Shown in pieces: positions 46,002 through 59,498 of a stretch of 64,000 nt of DNA. Within the stretch, counting starts at the first letter, position 1; each line of letters opens with the position of its first letter. Under the pieces are notes generated by a model. That model worked only from the letters and a program-made list of their open reading frames with translations, made no database searches and was not told the origin of the DNA. The DNA is from Ascidiella aspersa. Lineage: Eukaryota. The DNA is taken from NCBI GenBank assembly GCA_963924565.1, contig OZ004608.1, positions 34,472,001 through 34,536,000 on the forward strand. The letters are read 5' to 3'. A program made the translations under genes and the position numbers.

Positions 46002-49000
46002 GTTTATATAAGCTAATATACACTGAAGGTGTTGTACAAAAATGCTTTGGAAAAAGTAGAAAGCATTTAAAACAAAGTATAATTTACCCAACGACATAAA
46101 AGCAGTTTATAATGAGGTAGTTGGTATAAGGTTGGATTGTGGCGTAATAATGCAAATGAGTAAATATATGCGGTGGATTTTTGTGCACGTGAAGCAATCA
46201 AAGTAAAACGACTATAATCAGTTCTTCAATTTTAAGCCTTGGCTTTTTCGTCAATTTTAAGCCTTGATTGACTTTCAGGTAAGCTGTTTATTATTTTTAG
46301 GCCGTAAAGTAACCAAAGTTAAGATTTATTGTATTTACGTTATGTGCATAACTGTATAGCGGCTATAGCCAAACTAAAAATTCCGGAATATGAAAACTGT
46401 TAAGTGCTGCATATACACAATAAACGCTAGAACTTTTGTTTTTGCGTTTCCCCCACTAAGCGTCGTACGTTTGTTCCAACTTAATAGATATAAGGCAAAA
46501 AAATTTAGTCTGTAATAACTAGCCAAGATTGGTTCAAAAGTGCAAAAACAGATAGCGAAGAAAGTGAGCTGAATTCTTTAAAAGCCTTAAACAGTATTGG
46601 TTACCCATCTTAGAACAGTTTGTGAATGTCTATAACAGGGGTGTCCAACTCAAACATGCCGGCGTGCCAATTTTTATCTTCTAACTTCTTCCCGTGCCAA
46701 AGTTTAGCAACTGTTTTTGTTGTTTTATATCCCGTTAGTTAATTTATGTCTGAATTATACCAAAACATCTCGATACTTTAAAATAATCCAGAATGGCATC
46801 TATGGCTAGAGAATTAACCAGGCGATACGGGACTGAGAGATTAAGATTAGTACACAGGTGGAACCATAGTATTTGTGACATCACAATCGATCCAGTTTTA
46901 AAGCAAAGCATTGGCGGGAAATCAGACATTTAAAAAGAATAAGGCCTTTAGCAGACGAACCGGTTGTAATTGTTAGCTGGAAGAACCGCGTGTTGGCCAC
47001 CCCTGTGAATGGTCCGCGACTAAAAAAGTTTGAAAAACATTGGTTTAGATTAAAAATTATCCAGAATGGAAACTATGACTAAAAATAGCCGACCGATCCG
47101 CTTAAAACCGGCCCAAAATTTCACTTCATCTGCCTTGAAGCCGTTCATTGGATGGCCAGTAATCCAGAGCTGGATGTGAGTACCGCTTCATGCGGCTAGG
47201 TTATTCCAACCGCCTGAAACCATCACGAATCTTCGTGAAAGTGATTAACTGGCGAACGGCGATACGGGCCGTGGCGTTTTGGCGCGGTCGCTGTTTCGCC
47301 GATTCGTCGCCTCGCCACGCATGACTGCACATGCGTCAACAAAGCTTACGTCGCCTTTGTAGCGTTGAACACCTCCGAGGCCTGTAACCGTTTTGGAAGC
47401 TCCTTTTTCTCTTCTTTGGCGCTTTTATAATTGCCAGGCCTAGACCTAACGTTTCGCCGCTGCGATTTTCGGCGGCTGGATAATCACGCCAGGGTTCTGG
47501 TTTCGTGTCTGGTTCAGTATTGTTCGGCGGGTTATGTGTTGAAAGGATCGCTACTAAAGTCGTGATGTTTTTTGTTCAAGTGTGTTTGGTTTGGTTTGGT
47601 GCGCTTTCTTAAAGGCGTCACTTTTCAAACGCGGTTATTAAATGTTACATAAACTGTTTAGTTTCGTTATAGGAACATTTATATTTCAACCGTTTTAAAC
47701 TTACAAACTAGATTTCTGAAGTTAAAACGACTTTGTCGTTGTCAAACTTTTAGTGCTTTTTTACTAGGTTTTAAGCAATTGTTTAGTTAGAATATATAAT
47801 TAGTAAAAAAATATAATTTTTGTCCAATTAAAGTGTTTATACTTACTTATAGCCAACAGCAAAGACCATTACACAGCAAATTTCAAAGGGTTATTTCGTT
47901 TATGGTGGGCAAAAACGTATTTGTAACTAGCGAAGTTTATTCCTAACGTCAAATTATTTTTGACTTGCTTTATTTGGCTCCAAAGTTATTATTCAGCTTA
48001 CGTTTTAGGTTAAACATTTACCACGAATTTACTAGATTTAATCAAACCAATATTCGCAGTTTTATTTTTTGTTATCCAGTTTAAAACAGTTAGTTTAAAA
48101 ACGTCAGATTTTTTTTCAGTTTAAAAATTACGTATGCGTCACAAAACAAAATGTTTAACTGCATTCACGCCTGCCTATATTGTGTTGTCAGTATTTCTAA
48201 ACACTAAACCTTTCTATTTACCATATTTTAGATGACGTTTTTGCTAGAGCACCAAAGTTCAACAGCTATTAGGCCCATTAGATTCGCCAACCCGTGAATC
48301 AAAGCCAAAAAAGGGCTTTTTGTGGTCGCTCGTGCGACCAATTGGCTTACAGAACATATGTACCAGTCGTGCTTTGGCGCTTAATAAATAATTCATGCAG
48401 ATTGTATCAGATTTTGGTTTCGCGCCGCATTTCAAGCCGGTCTTAACCCTTTGGTGCCAGTTTATTGCGGTCAGAAGAGGTTGAAAAGTCGATTTTTAAA
48501 TTGCCAGAAAAAGTGAGCGTTCTAAGAACGAAACCAACTGATGTCGTAGTAGCTATAACGTCGTTTACTGTCAAGCTAGGAATACAGTAGGCAAACTTAA
48601 CTCGTCTCTAGGCATAGGCTTGAGGATGTGAATTATTAACATGGTTTATTTAGGCTGAAAACCTTTTTAAGGCCTGTCCCCAACACTCGAGTAATAGCAA
48701 GTGTTTTTAGTCAACTATATTTTATTACTTAAAGCGACCTAATTAAGCGTCAATCGGACAATTATCGAAACTTATATTGAAACATAAATTTTAACACTCA
48801 TGAATATTAATATGCAGCCATATTCGGCTTTAAAACGAAAGCGAACATTGTGTACTGTTACATCGTTGCCACAATGAATGTTTTTATTTAAATTTTTTTT
48901 TTTGTTTTTTTCAACTTTCAATTTTTTTAAGCGTCAAAATGGAGTGGATGTGGTACGAGTAGGTTTTTTTACCGGTCTATATGTTAAAACCCGGTATGGC

Positions 49001-49012
49001 ATACGGTTAGAG

Positions 49013-49441
49013 CAGCGGTTCCCAAACTGGGGTCCGCGGACCAAATGGGGTCCGCAAAGCATTTTCAAAGGGTCCGCGAGGAGAGTTAGTCTTTAAGTTG
49101 CTCTACATTATAGGCTTTATCGAATGTTTTTAAACATTAGTCCAAGTTTTAAACATTATCTGTCATCATGATTGTCTTTAGTTATGCTTAATTATTCGAT
49201 CATATAGCGTATTTTATGATGTCTCTTGTGACATCATAAAGCATCTATTATGCTGTACTACCTGTTATCAGCGAAATCGTTCACATTATAAAGTTGTTAC
49301 ATTAGAATGAATAGTATTGCACTAGTGTACTACAAGAAACATGGGTCAACTGACCCTTGAATTTTTATAGGGCCGCGAAATTTCAAAATGATTGCAACGG
49401 GTCCGCCAAGCAAAATGTTTAGAAAAGTTTGGGAACCGCTG
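49013..49441. mobile_element. hAT/Charlie-like MITE
   Basis: Perfect 16-bp TIR cagcggttcccaaact / agtttgggaaccgctg; exact TSD ggttagag at 49005-49012 and 49442-49449. Confidence 0.9.
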
Positions 49442-50984
49442 GGTTAGAGCAAGACGCAGATTTAAATACAAAACTGTCACAACGTTCAATCTTTACGAGC
49501 ACATTTTTTTGTTTTTCTACGTACAATTTTTTAAGCTGCACTACCTTGGTCCTATGCTACTAATATTGGCCTTGAATTTTTAATACGCAATTATGGTCGA
49601 CAACTCGCAAATATGTCATCTCACACAAACGCAATTGCCGCGATACTATGTATTGTTGTTCTGCATGAAAATATGGCTTACTTTGTCATCTGTTTAATTG
49701 TGCACTGTTGTTATTTTTACTGGCGACGATTCTCCTAGATAAATAACAGGCCACGGTATTTTTATACTGAAATAAGTCGAAATTTCTAAAAACGTGCACC
49801 CGATAAAATCTTTGATACGCTGCCAGTCAGGAGCGCTATCATTGGTTAATCTTTGTGCTGTATTGCCAACACCTGCTGCTCTGTTTACTTAATAAAGTAG
49901 ACCCAATGAGTACTTGCATGGTTACGACCTTTATAAATAACGCCACAACATTAACCGACGTGATTTGAACAAAAATAGAGTACCATAAAAAATTAGTATT
50001 TTCCACTTTAAAAGGCATTTTATTGTTATAAAGATAACTAATAAAGATAACTAATTTTTTATCGGTAAAGCATTTTTTGCTTAACAACCCGAAAATTATT
50101 TTGCTAGTAGGCTTGTCATTTTATTATTATTTGACCAAAGTTATGACGGCATTTAGTATCTTTTTGCCTAAATTAAACGTCTTTATTTGAAGGAACGCTT
50201 AGTGGCGGAAACAAGTTAGTTTGACAATACGTAAGTCTCAGCCAAGTCACAAGTCAAGTCATTTGCGAAAAAACAGCAAGTCAAGTCATTGTCGTAGCAA
50301 GTCAAGTCCAAGTCAGGTCATTTTCATTAAGATAAACCGTTAAGTTATTGAAATTACTAAACTCGTCCGAAATTATGAGTGATGTTTTATTAGCAAATAA
50401 CAAAAACGTAACACATAGCGAGCAAGTTGTTTTGCAAGCTAAATTCGGAATAAAAAAACAAATTTTACTAAAGCTTGGCTAATTAAACCACTGAAGTACC
50501 AAATTAAGTCTTTTGTCCGAAAGACTTTAAGTCAAGTCAAGTCATTCATAACAATGCTCATTGCATTAAGTCATTACAACACTGGCGTGCCCTATTTTGA
50601 GGAGCTATTACCTAACTATAAATGGTCAATAGCTAAACAGAATATCATGCCTTTGTAAGCAAAGAGTTCGAAAATTAATCGACTGGCACCTTCCCTTATC
50701 TAGTTCGTTCGCAATCTGGCTTCCAGCTTGTTTTAGGACTTGGCAAGTTAACACGCCCCTAGCAGTTCGGGCGTTTATTGGATAAACTGGGATCAATAGG
50801 GTTTGCATGCGGCGATACTCAGGAAGTTGTGCTGCCACCTGATACATCACCGCGGGCCCTAGAGCGATTAGAAACCACCACTTTTTTCCTGCAGTATTTA
50901 CCATTACGTAACTGTTTGGAATTTGTTTTGAAAATAAGGTGTTAGCTGCTGGTGGGATTTTCGGTAGCGTAAGGGTTTTTGCTT

Positions 50985-51465
50985 AAAACGACTTTTGTGA
51001 GCTTGTGTGCAAAATACGCTTGTAATTAAACCGGACCGCTATGGAATGTAGAAGTACTATATTAGTTTATTTCATTCAATACTCGTAACAGGACAACTTT
51101 TGTTATGTTGCAAGTGTTGTAACGTTGAAACGACTTTCGTGATTTTGAGTGCAGATATACGCTTGCAATTAAATCCGGTAAAGATTATATACGTACTGTA
51201 TCAGTTAGATTTTATTCAAGACTGGTAGCAGCAGAACTGTTGCTATGTTGCCGAAGTATTGTAACGTTAAATGACCTTTATGATTTCAAGTACAGAAATA
51301 TGCCTTGGACATTACACCGGGCCGCCTAAGATTGTAGAAGTAATGTATTAGTTATATTTTATTCAAGACTATTAACACTAAAACTCATGCTATGTTTCTT
51401 GTCACGTTGAAACGACTTGATTTTGAGTTCAGAAATACGCGGGCCGCGTGGCATTAAACCGGGGC
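50985..51465. repeat. Degenerate tandem repeat, ~141-bp unit x~3.5
   Basis: aaacgactt...gcaaaatacgcttg...attaaaccgg...tattcaagact recurs at ~50986, 51128, 51268 and 51410. Confidence 0.75.
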
Positions 51466-52082
51466 CTTCAATGATCAGCTTTCTCTTGGCTAGATATCAC
51501 GGCAGAATTATCGTACATTTATATCGTCGAGTGTTTATGCCGTGTCCGGTACATTCCAAGAAAGGCTCGTAACACTAGAACTGTTGCGAACTCTGGTAGC
51601 ACAGTGGCTTAGTTTGACAACACGGACCAGCTTGTATTTTCTACTTTAGGGTAGACTACACTGTGTACATTGCACTGAACAGTTAAAGGTCAGTTATGGC
51701 AGGTGCCACTACAGTGTAAAGCATGATTAAACTAATCAAACGTAAATTCCAATTTTACAAACATAAAAAGTTGACGGAATTACAGTTAATGTCCATACGA
51801 CGTAAATCAATGCGGACACATGTCAAGACGTTGGCTTATCAAACTTAGTTAGAACTATAAGACCAGGCGGCGTCGCCAAACAATCAATATTGGACCTACA
51901 CGACAGCTTGTAGTAGGGAGTGAGTGTTGTTTGCATTTAACGAAGGAGTATAAAAGCAGGCGGTCTAATTCCAAGCTTAGAACCAGCATGTTCGATCGAT
52001 TCTGAACTGTAGTTGTTTGTAAAGTTTCGCTCGCGGAGTATTAAGGATAGTTCGCTTTCGCAGCATATGTTAGATTAAATAC

Positions 52083-52400
52083 CAGTGTTGTAAACAAATC
52101 ATTATGAAATGACTTAAGTCCACGACAAGTTATTTGTAAAACAAATTGGTAAACTAGTCTGATTATTATGAGCAGTAACTCAAGTGAATAATAACACAAA
52201 ACGCAACATATAGCAAGAAAAGATAACTAATAATTCATCCGTGTTTATTATAAAAAAAGCTTAATGAAAACACTTCATTTCAACCGAAGTGCTTTGCCAA
52301 AAAGACTTAAGTCAAGTTAAATCATTTGTCCATAAGACTTAAGTCAAGTCAAGTCATTTGAAAACAGTGACTCAAGTTCACTTAAGTCATTACAACACTG
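52083..52400. mobile_element. hAT-like MITE, (gactt/aagtc)-repeat family
   Basis: TIR cagtgttgtaa / ttacaacactg. Confidence 0.75.
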
Positions 52401-54310
52401 GTTGTCGCGATAGCAAACGTTTGGATACATCATTCTATAGGAAGTCATGATATTGCAATTCTAATGCTAATCGAGCAGGAAATTTGTCATTGAAATTCGC
52501 CGCATTCGCCTGCGTTAAGCATATGCGTTTGTCGGTAACGTTACGGCGACGTTTTGTATCGTTACGAAAAATAGCAGATGTTCGGCCGACTGCCGATTCA
52601 AGTTTGCCCTGATTTGTGCTGTGATATGAGAGTAGCGTGAGATGTAGCCGAAATATTGCGCGCATATAAGACCTGAAGGTGTATTTCAACTTCAAAGCTT
52701 TGATAGCAGATAAGTTTCGTTTCAGGGTTCATCGTATCGCTATTTTTCGAGTAGTCGTATAGAGCAGTGCTTTTCAACCCGTGGGATGGTACGCACTTGT
52801 GCGGATGAAAAACATTGTAATGCGGATAACAAACGTTGTGCGGATGAAAATGGTGCATATTATTGTTTTTCATTATGTGTAATACAGTAATCAAATAAAC
52901 TGGTGCGCCCACTTATGCGTTACACTTTACAGGTACAGTAATATAGTCTCTCAGTGGTTCATTGCATCTTAAGCTATCTGTTTTATATCGGTCAAGGCTT
53001 AGGCACAAGGTTTCAATACACAAACCCTTTCATTGTTATTTCACAATTAAAACTAAAGTTTGAAAACTTATTGAGCTTGTTTCGTGCTGATGGAAATTTT
53101 CTGAAATAAAAAAGTGATGAAATAACTAAAATATTTACGACTTTACCCACTATTTAGCACACAAGAAAGGATATTACGCTATCCGTAACACTATTTAGCA
53201 ACATGATGAATTTTACTTTTTCAAATCATCGGCAATAACACGCGGCTCCAGAAATTGACGCAGAGTACAACATAATATGTAATAGTTTTAAGAGGCCAGC
53301 TTGATGGAACCTTACATGTTGTTTAACTTATGCTTGAGAATGATTTGTTCCGGGAAATACGAATTTGTTATGGACACAGCGCTTTTGCCAATATGCACGG
53401 CCTAATATTGTTGCTGCTTTCACAAGGGCCGCATCCTACTTTAACTGTGAGAAATTTTAAAGGTTGGAAAGCACTAGTATGGTGGATTAACTATTCCAGT
53501 AAAAACTGTGTGCCGTAAATAAACATATTTAGTCAAAACTATCAACATTGGTAATGTTAGGAGCAGCTACGCGGTATGGGCATTTGGGCAAACACACAGC
53601 GAGATAAAAAAGTCAAATAAATGGAAAACAAGCAGAAGGTCACGTCTTTATTTAAATCATTTTTACGTGGAGATTCCGAGATTAACAGCTTCTGGTTGCT
53701 GGTCAAATCCAGAATAACTGAACAGAAAAATTATTTTATTAACGTTTTGTGAACGACAGCTTATTCAACTTTATTCACTTCCGTCTAAATTCGCCAGCAT
53801 GGCACTGTGTGTTGCTAGTTTGCGGTGTCTTGTGTATCTTTTTACTTCGGCAAAACGCGGTTAGCGTAAAGTGCTGTCGAGCAGTTCATTTCAAAGCAGA
53901 GCGTTCTCTTATTGCCCGGATACCCCTCTCGATTTTCAATCGATACCAGGCGTGTTTTTGCGCTGAACAAATAAAGCCACGCGACCGCACGATTTGCCAG
54001 CTGTGTATTTGGACAGCAATCCATACTGCGCACTCAAAGCACAGGCTTATTATAGGAATTGAAGGCAGCAAAATGTGACGCAGGAAACGCATAGAAAATG
54101 CGAAGGCGTTATTAAACATTTTAACGCGATCTAAATTGTACAACGAAGTATCCAACTTAAAAGAGACTAACCGTTATCGTTGATCTAGGGAAGACTTCTG
54201 AGCTATTGATCACAGTCATTTTACAGTGACGTATATGTATGTAGGTTTAATATATAATTATAATATATTTTTTTGCTTTCCATTTATTGTACGAGCGTTC
54301 AGTGTCATTC

Positions 54311-54352
54311 ACCCTGACGAAGGCAGCTTGTATAGGTTGCCGAAACGTTGGT
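54311..54352 (+). ncRNA. Minimal type I hammerhead ribozyme (Penelope-like element type)
   Basis: ACC-CTGACGA-A-GGCAGC-ttgtatag-GTTGCC-GAAAC-GTT-GGT: conserved core CUGANGA and GAAA, 6-bp stem II, palindromic AACGTT stem III, ACC/GGT stem I. Confidence 0.75.
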
Positions 54353-55719
54353 TAACAATTACAATTACCAGAGGAGCTGTTTTTGATTTATATGTATGTA
54401 GTTTCTTTATTTTTGCAATATTATGATTATAAAATGTATGTTTCTACTCTGAACTAAAACTCATTAATGAATAAATACAAAGTTTTCCAAAAACAAATTA
54501 AAACGAAACAAGAATATTTGGTGCGTACAATTTTTTTAGGCTTTCGTTCAAAAACGGTAGGTGCTCACTTAAGTTACGATAGTATGAAGAACGTTTGAAT
54601 CTTGTACTGTTGTGAATAGCTATGTTTTAAGAGTTTACTAACCTCCTGATTTTAATGCGGTGTCAATAAACTGTAAGTAGATCTACAAAAATAAACTGTA
54701 GAGTTATATAAAAACTATTCTACTGTTATAGTGATGGAAAGTAAACAAAAGCAAACCGTTCAAAAGCTTTTGCAAGTTGAATTATTTTGTTGTTCAAGAG
54801 GCAGTGAAATAGCCGCAGGGCATGCTTTGATCTCATAACTTAAATCCGCAAATGATTTAAAACGCACTTAAAACACTGGATTATAAGACTATTTTTTGTG
54901 TGCCTTTAGGGCAAAAATTAGTTTTTTTGTTCTACGAGCAATATTGCGTGAATTGGTTAAGTTTTGTTGTCCAATTTTAAACCTATATGTTAGCGTATTG
55001 TATGCAAAAAAGTTTGCGGATCTTAATTATACCGGCGACGTAAATAGGTATTGTAAGTTAAGGCCGACGCCTCCTTTAAGTAAACGAATTTCGAGGTATC
55101 ATGTTTTATTCACGGTCAACTTATGCATTATTGAACAGCAAGTAATGGCACGCCTGCTGCACTGTCATACTGTGGTCGTTTTAATTAACGTTTGGGGTCA
55201 AGGTATTGGTAACCGCCACGCAAACTTATATCAATTTTCTGCAAGATATTATATGGGCATCCAATGGAAATAATGTTTAGTTTTTAATTAAAGCAATCTT
55301 ACAAACGTATGCCGCTTGTAACAAACGTATGCCGCTTTGTCTCTTAAACGATTTTTGTGAAATATTTGTTCATTTAAAACAGGGAATAATCAGTTTTGGT
55401 TTATTTCCCTTTAAAGAGGTTATTTCAAGATTTTTTTTAGAAGAAACTGTACCATTTTTAATTGCTTTTAAAATTGTTGTTGCCATTTGAATGTAAATAA
55501 ATACGAGATTTTTGTGCAGTTTTGTCAAAACTTCTAGTAATTGGTGCAAAATTGGTTGATATACTGTAAATATTTTTCTTTGCCACTAGTAAAAAGATTT
55601 ACGAGCAATTAATTTAGAATTAACACTTCACGATTTATCTAACAGGTTTTGCAAAGTACTAAAACCTATTTTCAAAAACTTCCTGCTTGCAAAAAAACAC
55701 CGAATAACGCAAGAAAAAA

Positions 55720-56196
55720 ATGGACAACAAAGAACAACCAGTTCCCCCACCTTACCCGCCCCAACAGCAGGGGTACGTGGCCCCCGTCCAGTACGGCATG
55801 AACCCCCCGGCGCCCCCATCCTACTCAGCCGTGGTGGGGCAACAGCCCCAATACGCCCCAGTACCCACTCAACCCCACCAAGTAGTCGGAATCCAGCAGC
55901 AGCAGCAGCCTGCTATGGTCGGTGTACAGCAGCCTGTTTATGTCGTCACAAACCAACCTGTGCGCATTCACTCGCGCCACCCTACCGCCCTCACGTGTCC
56001 GCACTGCATGGGCGCCGTCGTAACCTCGACACGGTCTGAAATTGGGGCAGCCGCCTGGCTTAGCTGCTGTTTCATCGCGCTCTTTGGCTTCTGGCTAGGG
56101 TGCTGCCTTATTCCCTTCTGCATTCCTGACCTCCAAGACACCTTCCACGAATGCCCCAACTGCCATAAGGTTATCGACGTCTACAAGCCTCTCTAG
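55720..56196 (+). CDS. LITAF: LITAF-domain protein paralog 2 (158 aa, intronless CDS)
   Basis: PPPPY and PPAPPSY motifs; CPHC...FWLGCCLIPFC...HECPNC. Confidence 0.95.
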   Translation: MDNKEQPVPPPYPPQQQGYVAPVQYGMNPPAPPSYSAVVGQQPQYAPVPTQPHQVVGIQQQQQPAMVGVQQPVYVVTNQPVRIHSRHPTALTCPHCMGAVVTSTRSEIGAAAWLSCCFIALFGFWLGCCLIPFCIPDLQDTFHECPNCHKVIDVYKPL

Positions 56197-57878
56197 GGAC
56201 AAAGGAACGCTGTTTTTTCAGGTTTATTTTTAAGAAACGCCGGCCTGATACTGTTCATCGGACATTTTTAGCTGTATATGTAAAGGCTGATTTAGCAGTT
56301 GGCCTAGATTTTTATCTCTCCGTGATTTACCGCGATTTAAGCTTGCTAGTTGAGTTTCACAGAGCCCTGGAGCCCTGAGAATTCGTCTTGTTAATCTGGC
56401 TAAAATGGCCGTTACCAAGACTAGTTTAAGTCAATTTTATGCAAGTTAATTACATAAAAAATGGGTTAACTCTTAAAATCGCTATTTCCATTGGGTGTCA
56501 AAACGTGTTTTGCATAGAAAACACGCTTAACTTGCCAAACACTTTTACCTACCCAGATAAACTAAAAATGCCCCGAAAATTTGATTTCTGCTTTTACAAA
56601 AGTGGGTTTAACCAGTGGTGAAAGTAATCCGGAACGCTTCGGCTGCTGTTTCGCTAAAATAATTATTGCCGGTACGACGTTCCGCTAAAAACATGTCCTT
56701 TTTTTCACTAGGCCATATCCTAAATCTATTATTGCATCTTTTAGTTGTATATTTGTGCACGACATAGAACGTTTAACATATAGGATTTTTAGGGTTACAT
56801 GCTTTATGAGGTCCATTTATGACGTAACTTTGTGACTTTATTCTCAAAAATTCCATGCGTTTCGTTAAGTAATTTATTTAACTTTCACGTCTGGTTTAAG
56901 CATTTACCACAGCCAAATTAAAGATGATGTCATCATATGTATAAAAGGTGAAATATTAAATTTGCCAAACAAAAAACTGATCATTTAGTAAGCTCGCTTT
57001 TTTACGTGAAGGCCTACAAGTAAATCTAATTAGCCACTTTCGACAAAAACAAACTGGGCTAACAGAGAACTATTATCTGAGCATCGCCATGCTATTCTGC
57101 GATACTAACTACAAAAACACGTTTTTCGCTTTGCCTTTACTATATATAAGCAAAGTACCCATGACCAAATTTCGACGATAACAATCTTGCTGTATTTGCT
57201 GAGCTTTGGCATTTTATAAGTGCTTTTAAATGCTTTAACTGCAAGTGTATGCAACTAAATAACAAGGTACGCTTGTACATAGCATACATACTTACCTTGA
57301 AATTCAGTGACTCGTATAAACATACAAAACCCGCATGATTCACAATTTACAACACTTTTTATCAACAGGATTTCGAAAGAGAAATATTGCATTTTTTAGC
57401 AAGTAGTATAACGTTGCTTTGCCGTTAGGTTTTGTATTTGATATTGAGTGTATGTTTACCTTTATTTTCCCCTTTAGTAAAGACATTCTTGGTGTACTTT
57501 AATCGACGACCTATTTTAACGGCGTCGACTTATTCGTGCCAACATTTTTTCCCGTTTTTCCTCGGATTCGTTACGTTACCCACGAAGCGCTGACAGTTGT
57601 AAATAAAAAGAAATATTATGAACACACGCTATGATATATGTCAAACTGCATCTGAGTTAACTTGGTTTAAAATAAAGTATTTGTTTATAGTTAAAGCATC
57701 AAACTACAGTACGGTACCAAACATGCAAGTGGCAGTATATTCACTTTTTCATCCATGTTTGTTCTATTTCAATCTATGGGCCCGAAGCATATTTCCGTGG
57801 GGAAGACAAAATACAGTTAAAAGCTTGTCGGGTGCCTAAACTAAATTTTGATAAATTTGTTACCCGAAAGAAAATGAA

Positions 57879-58414
57879 CAGTGTTGTAATGACTTAAGTT
57901 AATGACTTGACTTAAGTGCACTTAAATCATTGTTTTGAAATGACTTGACTTGACTTAAGTCATTTGGGCAAAATGACTTGACTTGACTTAAGTCTTTCGG
58001 ACAAATGACTTGACTTGACTTAAGTCTTTTGGGCAAAATGACTTGACTTGACTTAAGTCTTTCGGACAAATGACTTGACTTGAATTAAGTCTTTTGAACA
58101 AATGACTTGGGTTGAAATAAGGCATTTCTTTAGGTATTTTTATAAAATTGAGCTATTTGTCCAAATTTTTGCACAAAAAACAAATTGCTTGCTATATGTT
58201 CCGTTTTCGTTGGTTTTTAGTTTCAGTTATTGTTCATAATCATAGTTTATTGATTTATTTTTATGACCAGGACATGACTTGAAGTATACTTGATTATGAC
58301 TTGACTGGGACTTGACTTGTTATTTATTCGAAAAGACTTGATTGGACTTGGGCTATTTTACAAATAACTTAACTGGGACTTGAGTCATTTAAAAATTACT
58401 TGTTTACAACACTG
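57879..58414. mobile_element. hAT-like MITE with internal (gactt)n tandem arrays
   Basis: TIR cagtgttgtaa / ttacaacactg; exact 8-bp TSD aaaatgaa at 57871-57878 and 58415-58422; ~30-bp internal tandem units. Confidence 0.9.
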
Positions 58415-59498
58415 AAAATGAACGACACTTTCATAAAGCTCTCTAAAGTAAAGATCAGTTATATTTCGTCTAACGAAAGAACCGATCTATTAAAGTTGGA
58501 CAGAAACACAAAATGTTATCCAGTTATTTTAAACAACTATTTTAAGAGTTTCCAATATTCTTACCCGAGAGTTTAACTCGTATTTGCGCGTTTGCGTTTA
58601 AATAGCAGGCTACGGAACTAGCGCCTGACACAAAAATGCACAAATCAAAATTGGATTATCACAGCAAAAATAACGGCGTTGATTGAAAAACAGCACTGAA
58701 GCATATGAAGCAACATGTTTAACCGGCATTGCTATGTAGTTTATGAAATAAGGGCAATGTAGGCTAACTAACGCCTCTATTGTCTTTGATTTGAAATAAT
58801 ATTGTAACCTATTAAAAAGGGATATGACAAAGTTTTTGAAAGTATTCAGACTCTGTATTATTGCTACTAATTTTACGACTTATGTGGTTTGATTTTGAAC
58901 ACACTTTGCAGAATTGTTAAAATTACACGTCATTAGGTCTATCGTTAGTTTATGTTATCCTTTTTTAGGTAGGCTACTTGGTTAGCATTTTTATGTTAAC
59001 AAACCTAAAGTACTACCGGTACGTGCTAACTTAAGCAGTAGCCTAACTGCTGTCTTTTTTAGAAAAAAACTACACTTCAAAATTTCACCGTTTTAAAACA
59101 GTTTTACAAAAACTGAAAACGAAAACGCAAATTTAGTTTAGTGCTATAAAGTTAAAATCGTTGTGGCTACCCTGTAGTCACAAGTGTTCAGCTTTGTACG
59201 ACAAACTATTTGATTTTGGGTTACAAAAAGACAAAAGCGAAGTATCTCGCCTCCATAATATGAAAAGCAATGGTAACTAAGGTTTTTCTGTACAAAATAA
59301 TCACTAAAAATTAAAAGACGTCGATTTATTACCATTTTTCCTTTAAAAGAACAGCAACATTTTACTAGTTTTTAAGTTTTTGAAGTTATCTTAGTGGCTG
59401 TTACTGCCAATACAGTTTTAGAACATTTCGCGATTGAAATATCGTTTATCCACAAAATGTTGTCCATTGCAATTTCGCCAATCATCAAAAATTCCCTC

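Noticed and set aside
47171-47500. 7SK snRNA (starts GGATGTGAG; later cgccaggg)
   Set aside because: The diagnostic GATC-containing 5' stem and the 3' terminal hairpin/oligo-T are missing; the match is only 9 nt.
53749-54155. Penelope RT/GIY-YIG coding remnant next to the hammerhead
   Set aside because: No recognisable RT or GIY-YIG motifs in the supplied translations.
57879-58110. CRISPR-like regularly spaced repeats
   Set aside because: The units are contiguous tandem repeats without unique spacers, inside a eukaryotic MITE, and there are no cas genes.
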